DNA of 39,686 nt from Octopus sinensis (GCF_006345805.1 NW_021835551.1:1-39686), one strand, 5' to 3'. Shown: positions 1-12,443, counted from the stretch's first letter. Notes: generated by a model not told the origin, from the sequence alone. A program made the numbers and translations.

Positions 1-137
1 TCCCTTGGATAACATCGTTGGCATAGAGAGGGGAGGCTTGCTGGTCATCTACAAAACAACCTTGTCCCGACTTGTGCCTCAGAGGAGATCTTTCTAGGTG
101 CAATCCCATGGTCATTCATGACCGAAGGGTCACTCTT
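1..137 (+). mobile_element. 3' portion of a SINE-like dispersed repeat, ending before a (CA)n/(TA)n tract
   Basis: Non-coding segment ending in tttctaggtgcaatcccatggtcattcatgaccgaagggtc, which I recall as an octopus SINE tail. The head lies outside the window. Confidence 0.45.
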
Positions 138-1267
138 TCACACACACACACGCACGCATACACACACACATATATATATATATAAATACATGCATATATG
201 GGTACAGGATATCACCAACGGTGCAAATAACATGAAACATTATTCATTATTTATTATTTAATTGAACGCGATGCATCCATTTCCAAGTGTGTATATATAT
301 ATAATATATATATATATATGTAATTGGAACAAAAGCGCAATAGAGGACATTAAAACATTCAGACATATAGACGATACAAAGGCGGACAAGAGAAACAACA
401 AATAGTAGGACAGACAAAAAAAGGTGGTTCATTCGTGGCTTTCTTTCCTCAGTCAAGTTCCAGAAGTCATGACAATTTCGGGCATACATAGAGATACACA
501 AACAAACACCACACACACACACACACTCACACACATGCGTGTGTGTATGTTTATGCAATGTAAAGTGTGATTGGAGAAATCAACCAACCGACCAACCAAC
601 CAACCAGTGAACTTTATATCGTTATTATTATAATTAAATGGAGATAATATATATGTGAACCGACAGAGAGAGAGAGAGAGAGAGAGAGAGGAAGGGGGCG
701 GAGGGGCTAAAGAAGAGATAGAAGAGAGCAAGGGAAAAAGTATGATACTCATAGAAGGTGGAATATAAGGAAGTAGCAGAGAGAAATAATATTATTAATG
801 AGTTTTTTTTTTTTTTTTTTTAAGTTGTCAGGATCTAAATTAGTTTCTCTCTGGTGGGGCTAATAAACCCCTACTTATGCCAATTAGTGCAGTGAGGGAA
901 TATTACACTAAGTTAATTTATCTTTGAATTATTCGAGGAAACAACTAACGAGGAATTTTACCGAATTCTCTTTCTTTTCTTCATCGTTTCTCTTCCAATT
1001 AATACAACATCTTTATAATCCTACCATTCCACCTCTGAAAGTGCCGGCAGCTTTTTTAAAGTTTGTAACACAGTATAAATGCTTCTCACACACTAAATCA
1101 AAAACTAGGCAGCTTGTACGCACCCGTATTGTCTGCTAGAAATGACAACTATATCTCACTCATATCACACCCTATTGGCTTTAAAAAAGAAGACACATTG
1201 GATAATGTGAATCTGGTTTATAAATATCAATGGAATTGAAATGATTGTGTTGAAAGATTTGCATCAT

Positions 1268-1862
1268 CAGGTCGACTTTGCCTTTCATCCTTTCGGGTCG
1301 ATTAAATAAGTACCAGTTACGCACTGGGGTCGATATAATCAACTTAATCCGTTTGTCTGTCCTTGTTTGTCCTCTCTGTGTTTAGCCCCTTATGGGTAGT
1401 AAAGAAATAGAAATAGATATTTCGTCTGTCTTTATGTCCTGAGTTCAAATTCCGCCGATGTTGACTTTGCCTTTCATCCTTTCTGGGTCGATAAATTAAG
1501 TACCGGTTATGCACTGGGGTCGATGTAATCGACTTAATCCCTTTGTCTGCCCTTGTTTTTCCCCTCTGTGTGTAGCTCCTTGTGGGTAATAAAGAAATAA
1601 GAGACGTTAGCACGCCGAGAGAAATGCTTAGCGGTATTTCGTCTGCCGCAACATTCTGAGTTCAAATTCCACCGAGGTCGACTTTGCCTTTCATCCCTTC
1701 GGGGTCGATTAAATAAGTATCAGTTACGCACTGTGGTCAATATAATCGACTTAATCCGTTTGTCTGTCCTTGATTGTCTCCTCTCTGTTTTACTCCTTGT
1801 AGTAGTAAAGAAATAGGTATTTCGTCTGTCTTTACGTTCCGAGTTCAAATTCCATCGTGGTC
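1268..1862 (+). mobile_element. tRNA-derived SINE family A, concatemer of internal units
   Basis: Repeated gagttcaaattcc (B-box) + gtcgactttgcctttcatcctttcggggtcgat..aagtaccagtt units. A partial head (gttagcacgccg..aaatgcttagcgg) lies at ~1606. The same sequence recurs at 5137, 7690 and 10400. Confidence 0.85.
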
Positions 1863-1877
1863 GGGGGGGGGGGCAAA

Positions 1878-2042
1878 CGATTACATTGACCCCAGTACAC
1901 AACTGGCACTTAATTTATCGACCCCAGAAAGGGAAAGGCAAGATCTACCTCGGCAGAATTTGAACTCAGAACGTAAAGACGGACGAAATGCCTGTAAAGC
2001 ACTTTGTCCGGCGAGTTAACGATTCTACCAGCTCGCTGCCTT
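1878..2042 (-). mobile_element. SINE family A, head plus one unit, inverted relative to the copy at 1268-1862
   Basis: Reverse complement reads ggcagcgagctggtagaatcgttaac (A-box) ... gttctgagttcaaattc (B-box) ... gcctttccctttctggggtcgataaa. Confidence 0.85.
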
Positions 2043-2439
2043 TGGAAAAGCGAATAATAATGTGAAAATTTTGATAAAGTCACCAGTAATATATTGACAT
2101 GAATATGATTGATAAAGGCTGGATATCATTTTGGTTATTGGTTGAAAGTGGAGTTGAGAATACAGAAAGCTTGCTTGCATTTCTTAGTTCAAAAGGAGGA
2201 TAACTAATCTACGACATTGCATGCCTTGATTGTCACTCTCATCTCATGAATACATTAATGGGCGTCTTTCTCTCCAATTGCATACAGTCATACGCATAAA
2301 CATTCCGGTGTGTCATGCCCTTGTATGCATACAACCGAACAAATGTACGTGCATAGATTACGTTTGTATAGACACGCATCGCACGCCTGGCCGTAAAGAC
2401 TTGCCTTTCATACGCATATTACATTTGCTGAGTAATCTT

Positions 2440-2475
<36 letters not shown>

Positions 2476-3049
2476 ACACACACACACATACACACACACA
2501 CACACACACAGATGCGTACACACACGTACACACATACGTAGATGCGCGCGAAATTAATAACAATCTACGTACATAATCTCAACATTGTGATCAAACACAT
2601 GTATACACACATGCAAACGCTCGCGTACGCACATGCATGCATCAGTATCCATGTGTATTCAAAGTCACATGGGATTCCCCGGTACACACACGGATATATT
2701 TATCATGTTATTTCTGTTCCCTCCTTTTCTACATAAAAACACCCCCTTCACAAGCACGCAACGAATAACGAAAATCCGTCCAAGCGTAAAGTGGCTGATG
2801 GAATGGTAGATGGAAACTTGTAGAGTGTTGTCTGTTAGCTTATACGACTTCTTCCAAGCGCATTAAAACATCGTTATGATACTCAGAAATCTCTATGGTG
2901 TCAGAAGCAAATTCTCGGTGAACGGCACCGCTGGAAGTGAAAGAAAAACAATACGAAAGAAAACAAGAAAGTGAAATCTATGGAAATGGTTTTCGTTGCA
3001 TTCCAGACCAGCCGCACTTTCTTTGGCTTGGCGACGCAGGATTTTTTTT

Positions 3050-3051
3050 TA

Positions 3052-3085
<34 letters not shown>

Positions 3086-3560
3086 CATACATGCATACAT
3101 ACATATTTATATACATACGTATATGCATGCAGACATATGTACATACATAGAGACATGCATACATACATACGTACATATGCGCAGGCATACATATGTACAT
3201 ACATACATACATATATGCATGCTAACATATGTACATGCATAGATACATACATACATACATACATACATACATACACACATATGTACATATATACATATAT
3301 ATATGCATACATATGTACATACATAGAGACATGCATACATACATACGTACATATACGCAGACATATATATGTACATACATACATATATGCATGCTAGCAT
3401 ATGTACGTGCATAGATACATACATACGTACATACATATACGCATGCATACATATGTACATACATACATACATACATACATACATACATACATAATATACG
3501 CATGCATACATATGTACATACATTTATAAATTCATACATAGATGCCTACGTACATACATA
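3050..3560. repeat. Compound (TACA)n microsatellite with a ~176-bp higher-order duplication
   Basis: The interrupting motif agacatgcatacatacatacgtacatat occurs at 3151 and 3327. Confidence 0.85.
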
Positions 3561-4241
3561 GAGTATATATGCCAGTTTTAGAAAATCTACGCACAGAGAC
3601 GCGCACACACACTCGAGCGCATGCGCATATATAAATATATTTGATATTGATGATGAACGGGTGGAAGGGACTTAGGTTTGGGGGTGGTGGTGGTGGCGGT
3701 GGTGGTATTTGGTTACTTTTCTTACATCGAAGGATGAAAGACTTTTCAGACGCCCCAATGAAATTCCAAGAAGAAAAGCTCTTCGAATGACTGCTGCCAC
3801 GATGAAAAGTCCAGGCAATGATGAAAGATAAAGGCAGCACCTAAGAACAAAGGAGAGGGTGTTAAAATCTGAGGCATCCGTTGTTTGGGAGGCGGGGGTG
3901 GGGGGAGTTGGACAAATTAACAAACGAGACAAAGAAGGAAAATGGCCGCATTCGAAATGTGATGGAGAAGATTATTGAGAATATCAAAGACAGAAATAAG
4001 AACAAACCGATCAATAATGCTGTGGAACCTGGGCGGAATTCGGTGATATTGATTGGTAAATAAATATTAAAGATATTCATTGGTGAAGGTAGGGTTAGGG
4101 TGGCTGACATGGGTTCGATTATTATGTAAGGAAATGGTTGAAGAATCATGTGGAACATGACGGACACGCAGACATGTTTGAGGAATGGTGGGAATTGCAG
4201 ATTGTACATCATGAAGTGACCAGAAGTGAAGCACAAGATAT

Positions 4242-4312
<71 letters not shown>

Positions 4313-4539
4313 ACACACACACAGAGCCAACCCAACGAACTATTATGAGATATTGGAGCGCTTTCTGTTTCCCTAATCAGACGGGCTAAACTATGGTAAA
4401 GCGGAATTGTAATTCCTATAAGACTGGACATCTAGCACATAATGTCAAACGAAAAACAACCACTATCTGCTTGGATGGTCATCATATCGATATTCTTCTT
4501 TGGCCAGGTAACTCACTTTACTCGGATCCTGTAGAGAAT

Positions 4540-4860
4540 CTAACTGGCACTCCACCTGTTGAGACGACGAGCATGCAAGTTGATCAACGGAACAGCCTGA
4601 TCGTGAAATTAACGTGCATACGACTGAGAAACCCGCAGACACGTGTGCCCTTAACATAGTTCTCTGGGAGATTCAGTGAGACACAGAATGTGACAAGGCT
4701 AGCCCTTTGGAATTACAGGTACAACTTACTTTTGCCAGTTGCAAGGACTGGAGCAAAATGAAATAAAGAGTCTTGCTGAAGGACACAACGCGCTGCTGGG
4801 AATCAAAACTTAGAACTTACGATCGTGAACCGAATGCCCTAACCATTGAGCCACGTGCTA
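4540..4860 (-). mobile_element. tRNA-derived SINE family C (CORE-like central domain)
   Basis: Minus strand starts agcacgtggctcaatggttagggcattcgg (A-box), then a degenerate B-box and gtccttcagcaagactctttatttc..gctccagtc. A second copy lies at 7945-8085. Confidence 0.75.
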
Positions 4861-5136
4861 AGAGAATCTATCAGCGATAATAAGAAAGGAAATGGAGCAA
4901 ATTGTGTAGCAACGATCGTAAGAAACAGAAGACTGCTATCGAAACAATTTCAAGGCTTCTGATCAGTGCTACAGGTTGGTTTTCTCTCTAAGACCACCAA
5001 GGCCTCGTAGGCGCTTTCATCCTGCTCCTCTTCTATTAACTCTTTCTCTCTCCCCCCTCTCTCTCTCTCTTCCTATACCTATACTATGTGAAGCGTCACA
5101 GAAGTCAACCGTCCAACCAGCCAGCTAACCAACCAG

Positions 5137-5688
5137 CCGAGCTAGCAGAATCGTTAGCACGCCGGGCGAAATGCTTAGCGGTATTTCGTCTGCCGCTACG
5201 TTCTGATTTCAAATTCCGCTGAGGTCAATTTTGCCTTTCATCCTTTCGGGGTCGATTAAATAAGTACTAGATACGCACTGGGGTCGATATAATCGACTTA
5301 ATCCGTTTGTCTGTCCTTGTTTGTCCTCTCTGTGTTTACTCCTTGTGGGTAGTAAAAAAATAGGTACTTCGTCTGCCGCTACGTTCTGAGGTCAAATTCC
5401 GCTGAGGTCAACTTTGACTTTCATCCTTTCGGGGTCGATAAAATAAGTACCAGTTACGTAATGGGGTCGATATAATCGACTTAATACGTTTGTCTGTCCC
5501 CTCTGTGTGTAGCCTCTTGTGAACAGTAAAGAAATAGGTATTTCATTTGTCTTTATGTTCTGAGTTCAAATTCCGCCGAGGTCGACTTTGCCTTTCATCC
5601 TTTCCGGGTCGATAAATTAAGTACCAGTTGATGAAATCGGCTATCCCTTCCCCCAAAATTGCAGGCCTTGTGTCTACAGTAGAAAAGA

Positions 5689-5690
<2 letters not shown>
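5137..5690 (+). mobile_element. Full-length SINE family A with three internal units and an (ATT)n tail
   Basis: Head gagctagcagaatcgttagcacgccgggcg; units start at 5181, 5364 and 5538; tail ...cagtagaaaagatc followed by (att)n. Confidence 0.9.
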
Positions 5691-5740
<50 letters not shown>

Positions 5741-5802
5741 TATTATTATATTATTATTATTGTATTATTATTATTTTATTATTATTATTATTATTATTAT
5801 AT
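5689..5802. repeat. (TTA)n microsatellite forming the SINE tail and the R4/Dong landing site; tract resumes at 6225-6325 and 6877-6922
   Basis: Direct reading of the sequence. Confidence 0.95.
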
Positions 5803-6225
5803 TAGTGAGTTCTATTTTTATAGCGTGCTTTAACTTCACTACCGAGCGCAGCTCTGTGTGCCTTGGGTACGTGCTATGTTTTGTTGTGATGCTCTGATGG
5901 TTACTGTATTGAAAGTGTTTTGCGTAGGATGTGGGCAGTGTCCAGCAGTGCAATTTTCTGTATGTTATATGTATTTGTAAGTCCTGGTGTTTTTGTTATG
6001 TATTTGTCTGAATATTTTTTTATCATGCCTAATGCACCTACTGTAATAGGAATTGTTTCTGTTTTTAGATTCCACAATCTACTTACCTCTATTTCCAGGT
6101 CTTTTTGAAAGCTTCTCCATTTCTTTTAGAGACACGTGGTTATCTGCTGGTATTGATACATCAATTAGAAAGCATTTTTTTTCTTCATGATCTCTGACAA
6201 CTATATCTGGTCTGTTAGCCTTATT
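5803..6225 (-). mobile_element. R4/Dong-clade non-LTR retrotransposon, 5'-truncated 3' end (REL endonuclease + 3'UTR), copy 1
   Basis: Minus-strand conceptual translation with frameshifts gives RPD..CFLIDVSIPAD..KE.EK..DLEIE..ILRKTLSIQ, a PD-(D/E)xK-type domain. The 3' end runs into (TAA)n. Confidence 0.85.
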
Positions 6226-6252
6226 ATACTTATTATCATTATTATCATATTA

Positions 6253-6306
<54 letters not shown>

Positions 6307-6324
6307 TATTATGTATTATTATTA

Positions 6325-6876
6325 TCAGTAGTTTTATTTTATAGCGTGCTTTCACTTCACTACCGAGCGCAGCTCTGTGTGCCTTAGGTATGTGCTGTGA
6401 TTTGTTGTGATGCTCTGATGGTTATTGTATGGAAAGTGTTCTGCGTAGGATGTGTGCAGTGCCTAGTAGTGCAATTTTCTGTATGGTATATGTGTTGTAA
6501 GTCCTGGTGTTTTTGTACGTATTTGTCTGAATATTTTTTATCATGCCTAATGCACCACTATGATAGGAATTGTTTCTGTTTTCAGGTTCCACATTCTAGT
6601 TACCTCTATTTCCAGGTCTTTGTATTTTGAGAGTGTTCTCCATTTCTTTTAGAGAACGTTGTCATCTGCCGGTATTGATACATCAATTAGAAAGCATTTT
6701 TTTCTTCATGATCTCTGACAACTACATCTGGTCTGTTGGCCTTATTTCTCTATCTGTGTGTATCGGCATATCCCAGAGTATGGTTGCTTTCTCTGTTTTC
6801 TGTGACCTTTCTGGTGTGTGCCTATACCATCTTTTTTCTGTTGTTATTCCATAATGTTGCATAGCTTCCATGTAAT
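6325..6876 (-). mobile_element. R4/Dong-clade non-LTR retrotransposon, 5'-truncated 3' end, copy 2
   Basis: Reading through frameshifts gives ..ILWDMPIHTDRE..NRPDVVV (RPD at 6726-6734)..FLIDVSIP (6670-6690)..KYKDLEIEVTRMWNLK..IALLGTAHILRRTLSIQ*. It is flanked by (TAA)n on both sides. Confidence 0.88.
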
Positions 6877-7216
6877 TTATATTATTATTATTATTATTAT
6901 TATTATATTATTATTATTATTACGAAGAACTTTTTTTGGCGGTACCTGTATATTTGTGAAGTTATGTCTGAGGTATCAACTAGTATTTCAAGAAAGATTA
7001 AGCTTGGAATTTTGGCACTGCTCAAAGGTACATTAAGCCGTCTGAATTCGAGAGCGTTTATGCATCCATAAACACAATCTTACACACACACACACACACA
7101 TATATTATATCTATGTACACACACATACACACACACACAACATACATATATATATATATATATTATATACATATGTACATATATATATATATATATATAT
7201 ATGTACATATATATAT

Positions 7217-7251
<35 letters not shown>

Positions 7252-7292
7252 CTATATATATATACATATATTATATATATATATGCATGTAC

Positions 7293-7324
<32 letters not shown>

Positions 7325-7689
7325 ATATATGGGCGGAGGGATGCATATATATATGTGTGTGTGTGTTTGTGTGTGTGTGTGTGCGTGTGTATATCTTCGT
7401 TTTTATATGTATTAAGAAATACCTGCACAGCTTCTTCTACACCCATCAGTGTAATGTAGGCACGAGTTGTATCACAAGTGACTGACTCCTTCAACAATAA
7501 ACCAATTAATCCATTTAATTAAACATTGATATAACGTTCTGTGTCAATGTATTTTTAGTTACACTGAAGTCATCTGCATATGGCGGCCACGGTCTCTTGT
7601 GGTGATACTAACTTGGTGCTGGAGTATAAAATGTATTGTTAAAAGATGGCAACAGTGTCTGCAGTATATTGGTTCTTAATGTCGGTACA

Positions 7690-7886
7690 AAGCCAGTAAT
7701 CTCGGGGGAAAGGGGAAGTCGATTACATCAACCCCCCCAGTGTTTCGACTCGTACTTATTTTATTTTAATGACCCCGAAAGAATGAAAAGCAAAGTCGGT
7801 CCCAGCGGAAATTGAACTCAAAACGTTAACATGGCTGAAATGTCACTAAGCATTTTCCGAGTGTCTGCTAACGACTCTTCCAGCTT
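7690..7886 (-). mobile_element. Diverged SINE family A copy
   Basis: gaccccgaaagaatgaaaagcaaagtcgg..ggaaattgaactca..gctaacgactcttccagct is the reverse complement of the head, B-box and central domain. Confidence 0.75.
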
Positions 7887-7944
7887 TGACAGAATCTCCA
7901 ATATATTAATTGCAATACATTACCAGTTTATTAATAGGAGCACT

Positions 7945-8085
7945 TCGTCGGTTACGGCAACGGGGGCCGTGGACTGGAGCAACGGGAAATAAATTGTCTT
8001 GCTCAAGGATACAACGCATCGCCGGGAATTGAACTCACGACCTTACAATCGTGAGCCGAACGCCTTAACCACTAAGCCACGCGCT
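7945..8085 (-). mobile_element. SINE family C, head plus CORE-like part, apparently internally deleted
   Basis: Minus strand reads agcgcgtggcttagtggttaaggcgttcggctcacgattgtaaggtcgtgagttcaattcc, with clear A and B boxes. The body present at 4560-4740 is missing. Confidence 0.75.
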
Positions 8086-8143
8086 ACATCAATTATAACT
8101 GATAAATTCCAGACTAGCATTAGTTGATTTGATTTCTATACTC

Positions 8144-8188
8144 TGAGTATATATAGAGTGCAACTTGGTTGCACTCTATATATACTCA
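8144..8188. repeat. Perfect inverted repeat with 21-bp arms and a 3-nt loop
   Basis: tgagtatatatagagtgcaac-ttg-gttgcactctatatatactca. Confidence 0.95.
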
Positions 8189-10261
8189 CCGTAAATCAAC
8201 TCTTATGGTGCAGGTCAACGATCAAAGACAACCCAGCCGTGACCACACTGTTCTTCTAATTTTTTTTTTGATAAGCTTAGGACTGCATTATCAACACATT
8301 TTCTCCTTATTCAAGTTGGTACTGGGCGGTTTTAGGCAGGCTGGCTGCTGTTTCTAGCATTCACGAAACTTAAGTAGGGATGGTGATACATCCACGTTAT
8401 GATTTGCTTCTACGTAGGATTAAATTTTTGTTCTGTTTTATCCGAAATACCTGTGTATATATTTCAAGACCTGGAAATATTCTGTGATGTAAGTGTCTTA
8501 GTAGTCATCATAATTTGATATTCCAACGTGATATCTTCAGTTTTATTTCTAAAGATTAGAGATTTGATTATCGCCGTTAGCTATCTTTCCTTGACATTTT
8601 CAATTAAAATTGAAATAAAATATGACAATCATGTTCTTCCCAACTTCATAGATATACCTTTTTCTCCACTCTTCGTTATTTCAAACTGTTTTAGAATAAT
8701 ATTTCTCTAAGGGTGGAAGCTAACATAAATTTGAGCTTTGCCGCTATGGAGGAATCGGCGATGATAAAATAATAGAGAAAAATATTTGAAAAATCGATTA
8801 AAATTAAGTAAATAATATCGAGAGTATAAATAGAGCTAGGATAATATAATATCTGCGTCTATTGTGTAAACATGGACAGGTTTGAAATGGTGATATGACT
8901 AAACCGTGGCTTGGTGAAGCTCTTTTAGAGTGACATTATATCGTAGAATAGACAGAGGTCATTTATTAGAAGCAGTGTTGATTTGTTGTTGAGAATAACA
9001 ATAAGAGGAACGTGACTCAGTGGGAGAAATACAAAAGCAAAATAAGTCGCAGTTGAATGATTAAGTAAAGGGTAAGAAATAGAAATGGATTATAGTGAGA
9101 TGGAAAAGGGATAGGATGTGGTAAGGGTTAGGAGTTGAGGGACAGAGAAAGAAGGAAGAGAGAGAGAGGGGGGTAGAGACAGAATCAGTGAGGAGAGAGA
9201 AAAACACGGCTAATCTTTTATAGAATGATAGACAAAGTAAATTAGAAGAGAATCTTGTAAAACTTTATAATATAGTCACAATTTCCCAGTTGCAGGATAT
9301 ATAACACCCTGCTGCTCATGGTAAGACGATCTCCCACTCATTATAACTATCCCTGACCGATTCTATCATCCGATTATATTTACATCAAGCAGCCATGTAC
9401 AAGCCAGAAACCATGAAATTTTGTGGGCATCCGGACTGAAGAGATTGCTTGTCACGTGACAACTTGCTGGGGCTGCCTGCTGGAGTCTATGCGACAGGTA
9501 TTTAAAGGGAAAAGTTTGACAAGACAGTCAATCACCAGCTGACACTCGCTGACGATACATCGAAGAGACCAGGGAACAGAAGAAAGAAGAGAAGACATGC
9601 ACCCAACACCAGAGCTGAAGACACCTCCGAAAGGGGGGGGGACCACCACGTCAAAACGGTAGAGGAGTAGGGGCCGAAACCGGACGTGGTTCCTCCTGAT
9701 GATGTCTTGAGCTAACTGGATCCTATAAAGGAGCTGTTGTGGTAGCAGACCACGAAACACGGTTGCAAATTCCTCAGGCTAAATCATGAACAGCGCATGT
9801 CAGGCAAGAGATTCAGAAGCATATACAATATGAGGAGATGATCTCCGGCTAAATAGAGCATGACCGTCCCCATTTTTGTTTGAAAGATCCCTGCAGTACA
9901 CACGAGAATTCATAGGACGCAAACATCGCGAGGTGGGAGAATATTGCCTACGATTGCTGTTACTGGAGACTGGAAAGATGTGGAGTGGGAAAAAGAAAAG
10001 AGAAGATGCAATATGTCGAAACACCGGTGTCCCAGAATATCGTGCGCCAGTGAGACGAGTGTGTTGAAGACACTGTCATGGCAAAGAGAACAACTTATTC
10101 CTTTGACGTACACTACATCCCTCAGCATGGTTTGCGTATGAATCTGCCAAGACATGTTAAGAATAAAAAGCCAGATACTCCCTCAGAGACATTAGCTATT
10201 AGTTCGTCCGTCGGTGTCGACGACGATCAAGGACATCGCATGGCAAATGAAGACGGATACT

Positions 10262-10395
10262 TATTTTATAGGTCCTCTAAGGATGAAAGGCAATGTCGAC
10301 CTCGGCGAAATTTGAACACAGATCGTAAAGACGGACGAAATGCTGTTAACTGTCGCGCCCGGCGTGCTAACGTCTCTGCCAGCTCGCCGCTTTAA
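10262..10395 (-). mobile_element. SINE family A, partial (head + B-box + start of central domain)
   Basis: ggatgaaaggcaatgtcgacctcggcgaaatttgaacac...cggcgtgctaacgtctctgccagctcgcc. Confidence 0.8.
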
Positions 10396-10399
10396 TGAT

Positions 10400-10803
10400 A
10401 ATAATAATCCTTTCTACTCAAGGCACAAAGCCTGAAATTTTGGGGGAGGGGTTCAGTCGATTAGATCGACACCAGTAAACAACTGGTACTTAATTAATCG
10501 AGTCCGAAAGGATGGAAAGTAAAATCGACCTCGGAGGAATTTGAACTCAGACTGTAACGGTAGACGAAATACTTATTTCTTTACTACCCACAAGGGGCTA
10601 AACACAGAAGGGACAAACAAGGACAGACAAACGATTTAAGTCGATTATATCGACTTCAGTGCGTAACTGGTACTTAATTTATCGACACCCAAAGGATAAA
10701 AGGCAATGTCGACCTCGGCGGAATTTGAACTCAGAACGTAACGACAGATGAAATACGGCTACGCATTTCGCCTGGCGTGCTAACGTGCTGCCAGCTCGCC
10801 GCC
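10400..10803 (-). mobile_element. Full-length SINE family A with two internal units and an (ATT)n tail
   Basis: Tail ataataataatcctttctact at the left; two gaatttgaactcaga B-boxes (~10537 and ~10721); head gccagctcgccgcc at the right. Confidence 0.88.
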
Positions 10804-10960
10804 GGCTTAAATGATGATGATGATAATAATAATAATAATAATAATAATATAAATATAAGATATATTATATAGCTTATATATATATGATGTTTGTATGTAT
10901 GTATGTATATATATGTATTATGTATGTATGTATGTATGTATGTATGTATGTATATAATAT

Positions 10961-10999
<39 letters not shown>

Positions 11000-11163
11000 C
11001 TGTGAGTGCATGTATGTATAAATATATCCATATACACTCATACTCTCATTTGAACTGGTGATTGAAAGAGAGATGCACATAAATTATAATAGATGTACGT
11101 GTAAATCACGAATAAACCGATACACATACGCAACACACACACAACACACACACACACACACAC

Positions 11164-11200
<37 letters not shown>

Positions 11201-11692
11201 TATATTAGTATATAATTATAAATACATACGCATATACGTGTGTGCGTATATAATATGTGTGTGTGTGTGTGTGTGCGTGTATATGTGTGCGTGTCTGTGT
11301 GTTCGTGTGTATATATAGTATAATATAATGCATTACAATATTATATATGAAACTACTTGAGTGATTGAATATAAAATTTGAAAAAACACATAATTGAAAT
11401 ACAAAAATAGAAAAAATATTTCACAAGTGTTTAAAATTTCATTAAAAATTATATACAAATTATTTTAGAAAAGTCGTTTAAATCGGTTACAAAAATAACA
11501 TAATTTTAAAATTAGAAAAACTGTACTAATGCTAAAATATATAAATATTATAAAAAAAAAATAATTGTAATATAATGGAAGTGTGATGAGAAATATCGTT
11601 AAAGTATATGACATTTAAAACACAGTAAAATCGGAAAACAGGAATATTTCAAGGAAACAGAAAAATTTCAATGTGTGTATGTTACTACACAC

Positions 11693-11728
<36 letters not shown>

Positions 11729-12362
11729 CATCGTGACCGATCAGGCTATCAGATGCTGGTACACATCGCTGGTCACAATGTACTTCGCATTGTTTTAGCC
11801 TTTAAATGACGCCTCCCCACTGGCTAAGCGAGCAGGGCATATATATATATAAAATTAATTCCTCTAAATTTTGTATGTAAAAAATTTTTTTATCTTCGGA
11901 TTTTTTAAATATGCCAGGCCACTGGTTTTAATTGATTAATATCAATTTCTACCCTTATTTAATTTAAAATAAAAATATGTTATCTTGCCGGTACATTGAA
12001 TGCTGTAGTTTATTAACTGCAGAGCAATTTCCGATCTCAGCGCGCCAAAGTGAAGGCATTTGAAAGATACACATAAATATAATTTGTGGCACTTTATACA
12101 ATGCTGGATTTCGGTCGAGCGCTCTGTATCTAGTTCTGGAAATTATGTTTCGTAAACGACAGACAATGCTGATGATCTTGCAGATGTTTATGTATTCATA
12201 TACGTAAATTATTAACAAGTGAAACTAATTAGTACATAGGTAATCGTTTTTTATTTCGTATATTTTCATTTGTCTTACTTACTTTTACACTTTGGTGTTT
12301 TGCTGAATTTTTTCTTGAGAACACATTCTTCGTGGAAAATAGCGATGTTGGTGTTTATATTT

Positions 12363-12407
12363 AGCATATAGGCTGTCCTCTTTTAGTGGTTAATCCTCTA
12401 AATTTTG

Positions 12408-12443
<36 letters not shown>

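Noticed and set aside
4089-4102. TTAGGG-like words (also ~9123) and G-runs at 3677-3705 and 3889-3906
   Set aside because: These are isolated occurrences, not a telomeric array. The G-rich runs are short trinucleotide repeats with no supporting context.
3730-4240. 189-aa minus-strand ORF or possible decayed retroelement
   Set aside because: The ORF is partly (GT)n-derived and I recognise no diagnostic motif.
4800-4860. tRNA genes at A/B-box sequences (also 8030-8085, 28041-28110, 32340-32408)
   Set aside because: They continue into SINE bodies and lack a complete cloverleaf or T-run terminator, so they are SINE heads rather than tRNAs.
8290-9060. Possible Penelope GIY-YIG remnant on the minus strand (..EYQIMMTTK..IYTGISDK..)
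   Set aside because: The resemblance is weak and there are many stops; a profile search is needed.
9671-9712. GAAAC-c..ggt-t followed by CTGATGA, a possible permuted hammerhead
   Set aside because: Only 4 nt are available for stem I and no stem II pairing is found.
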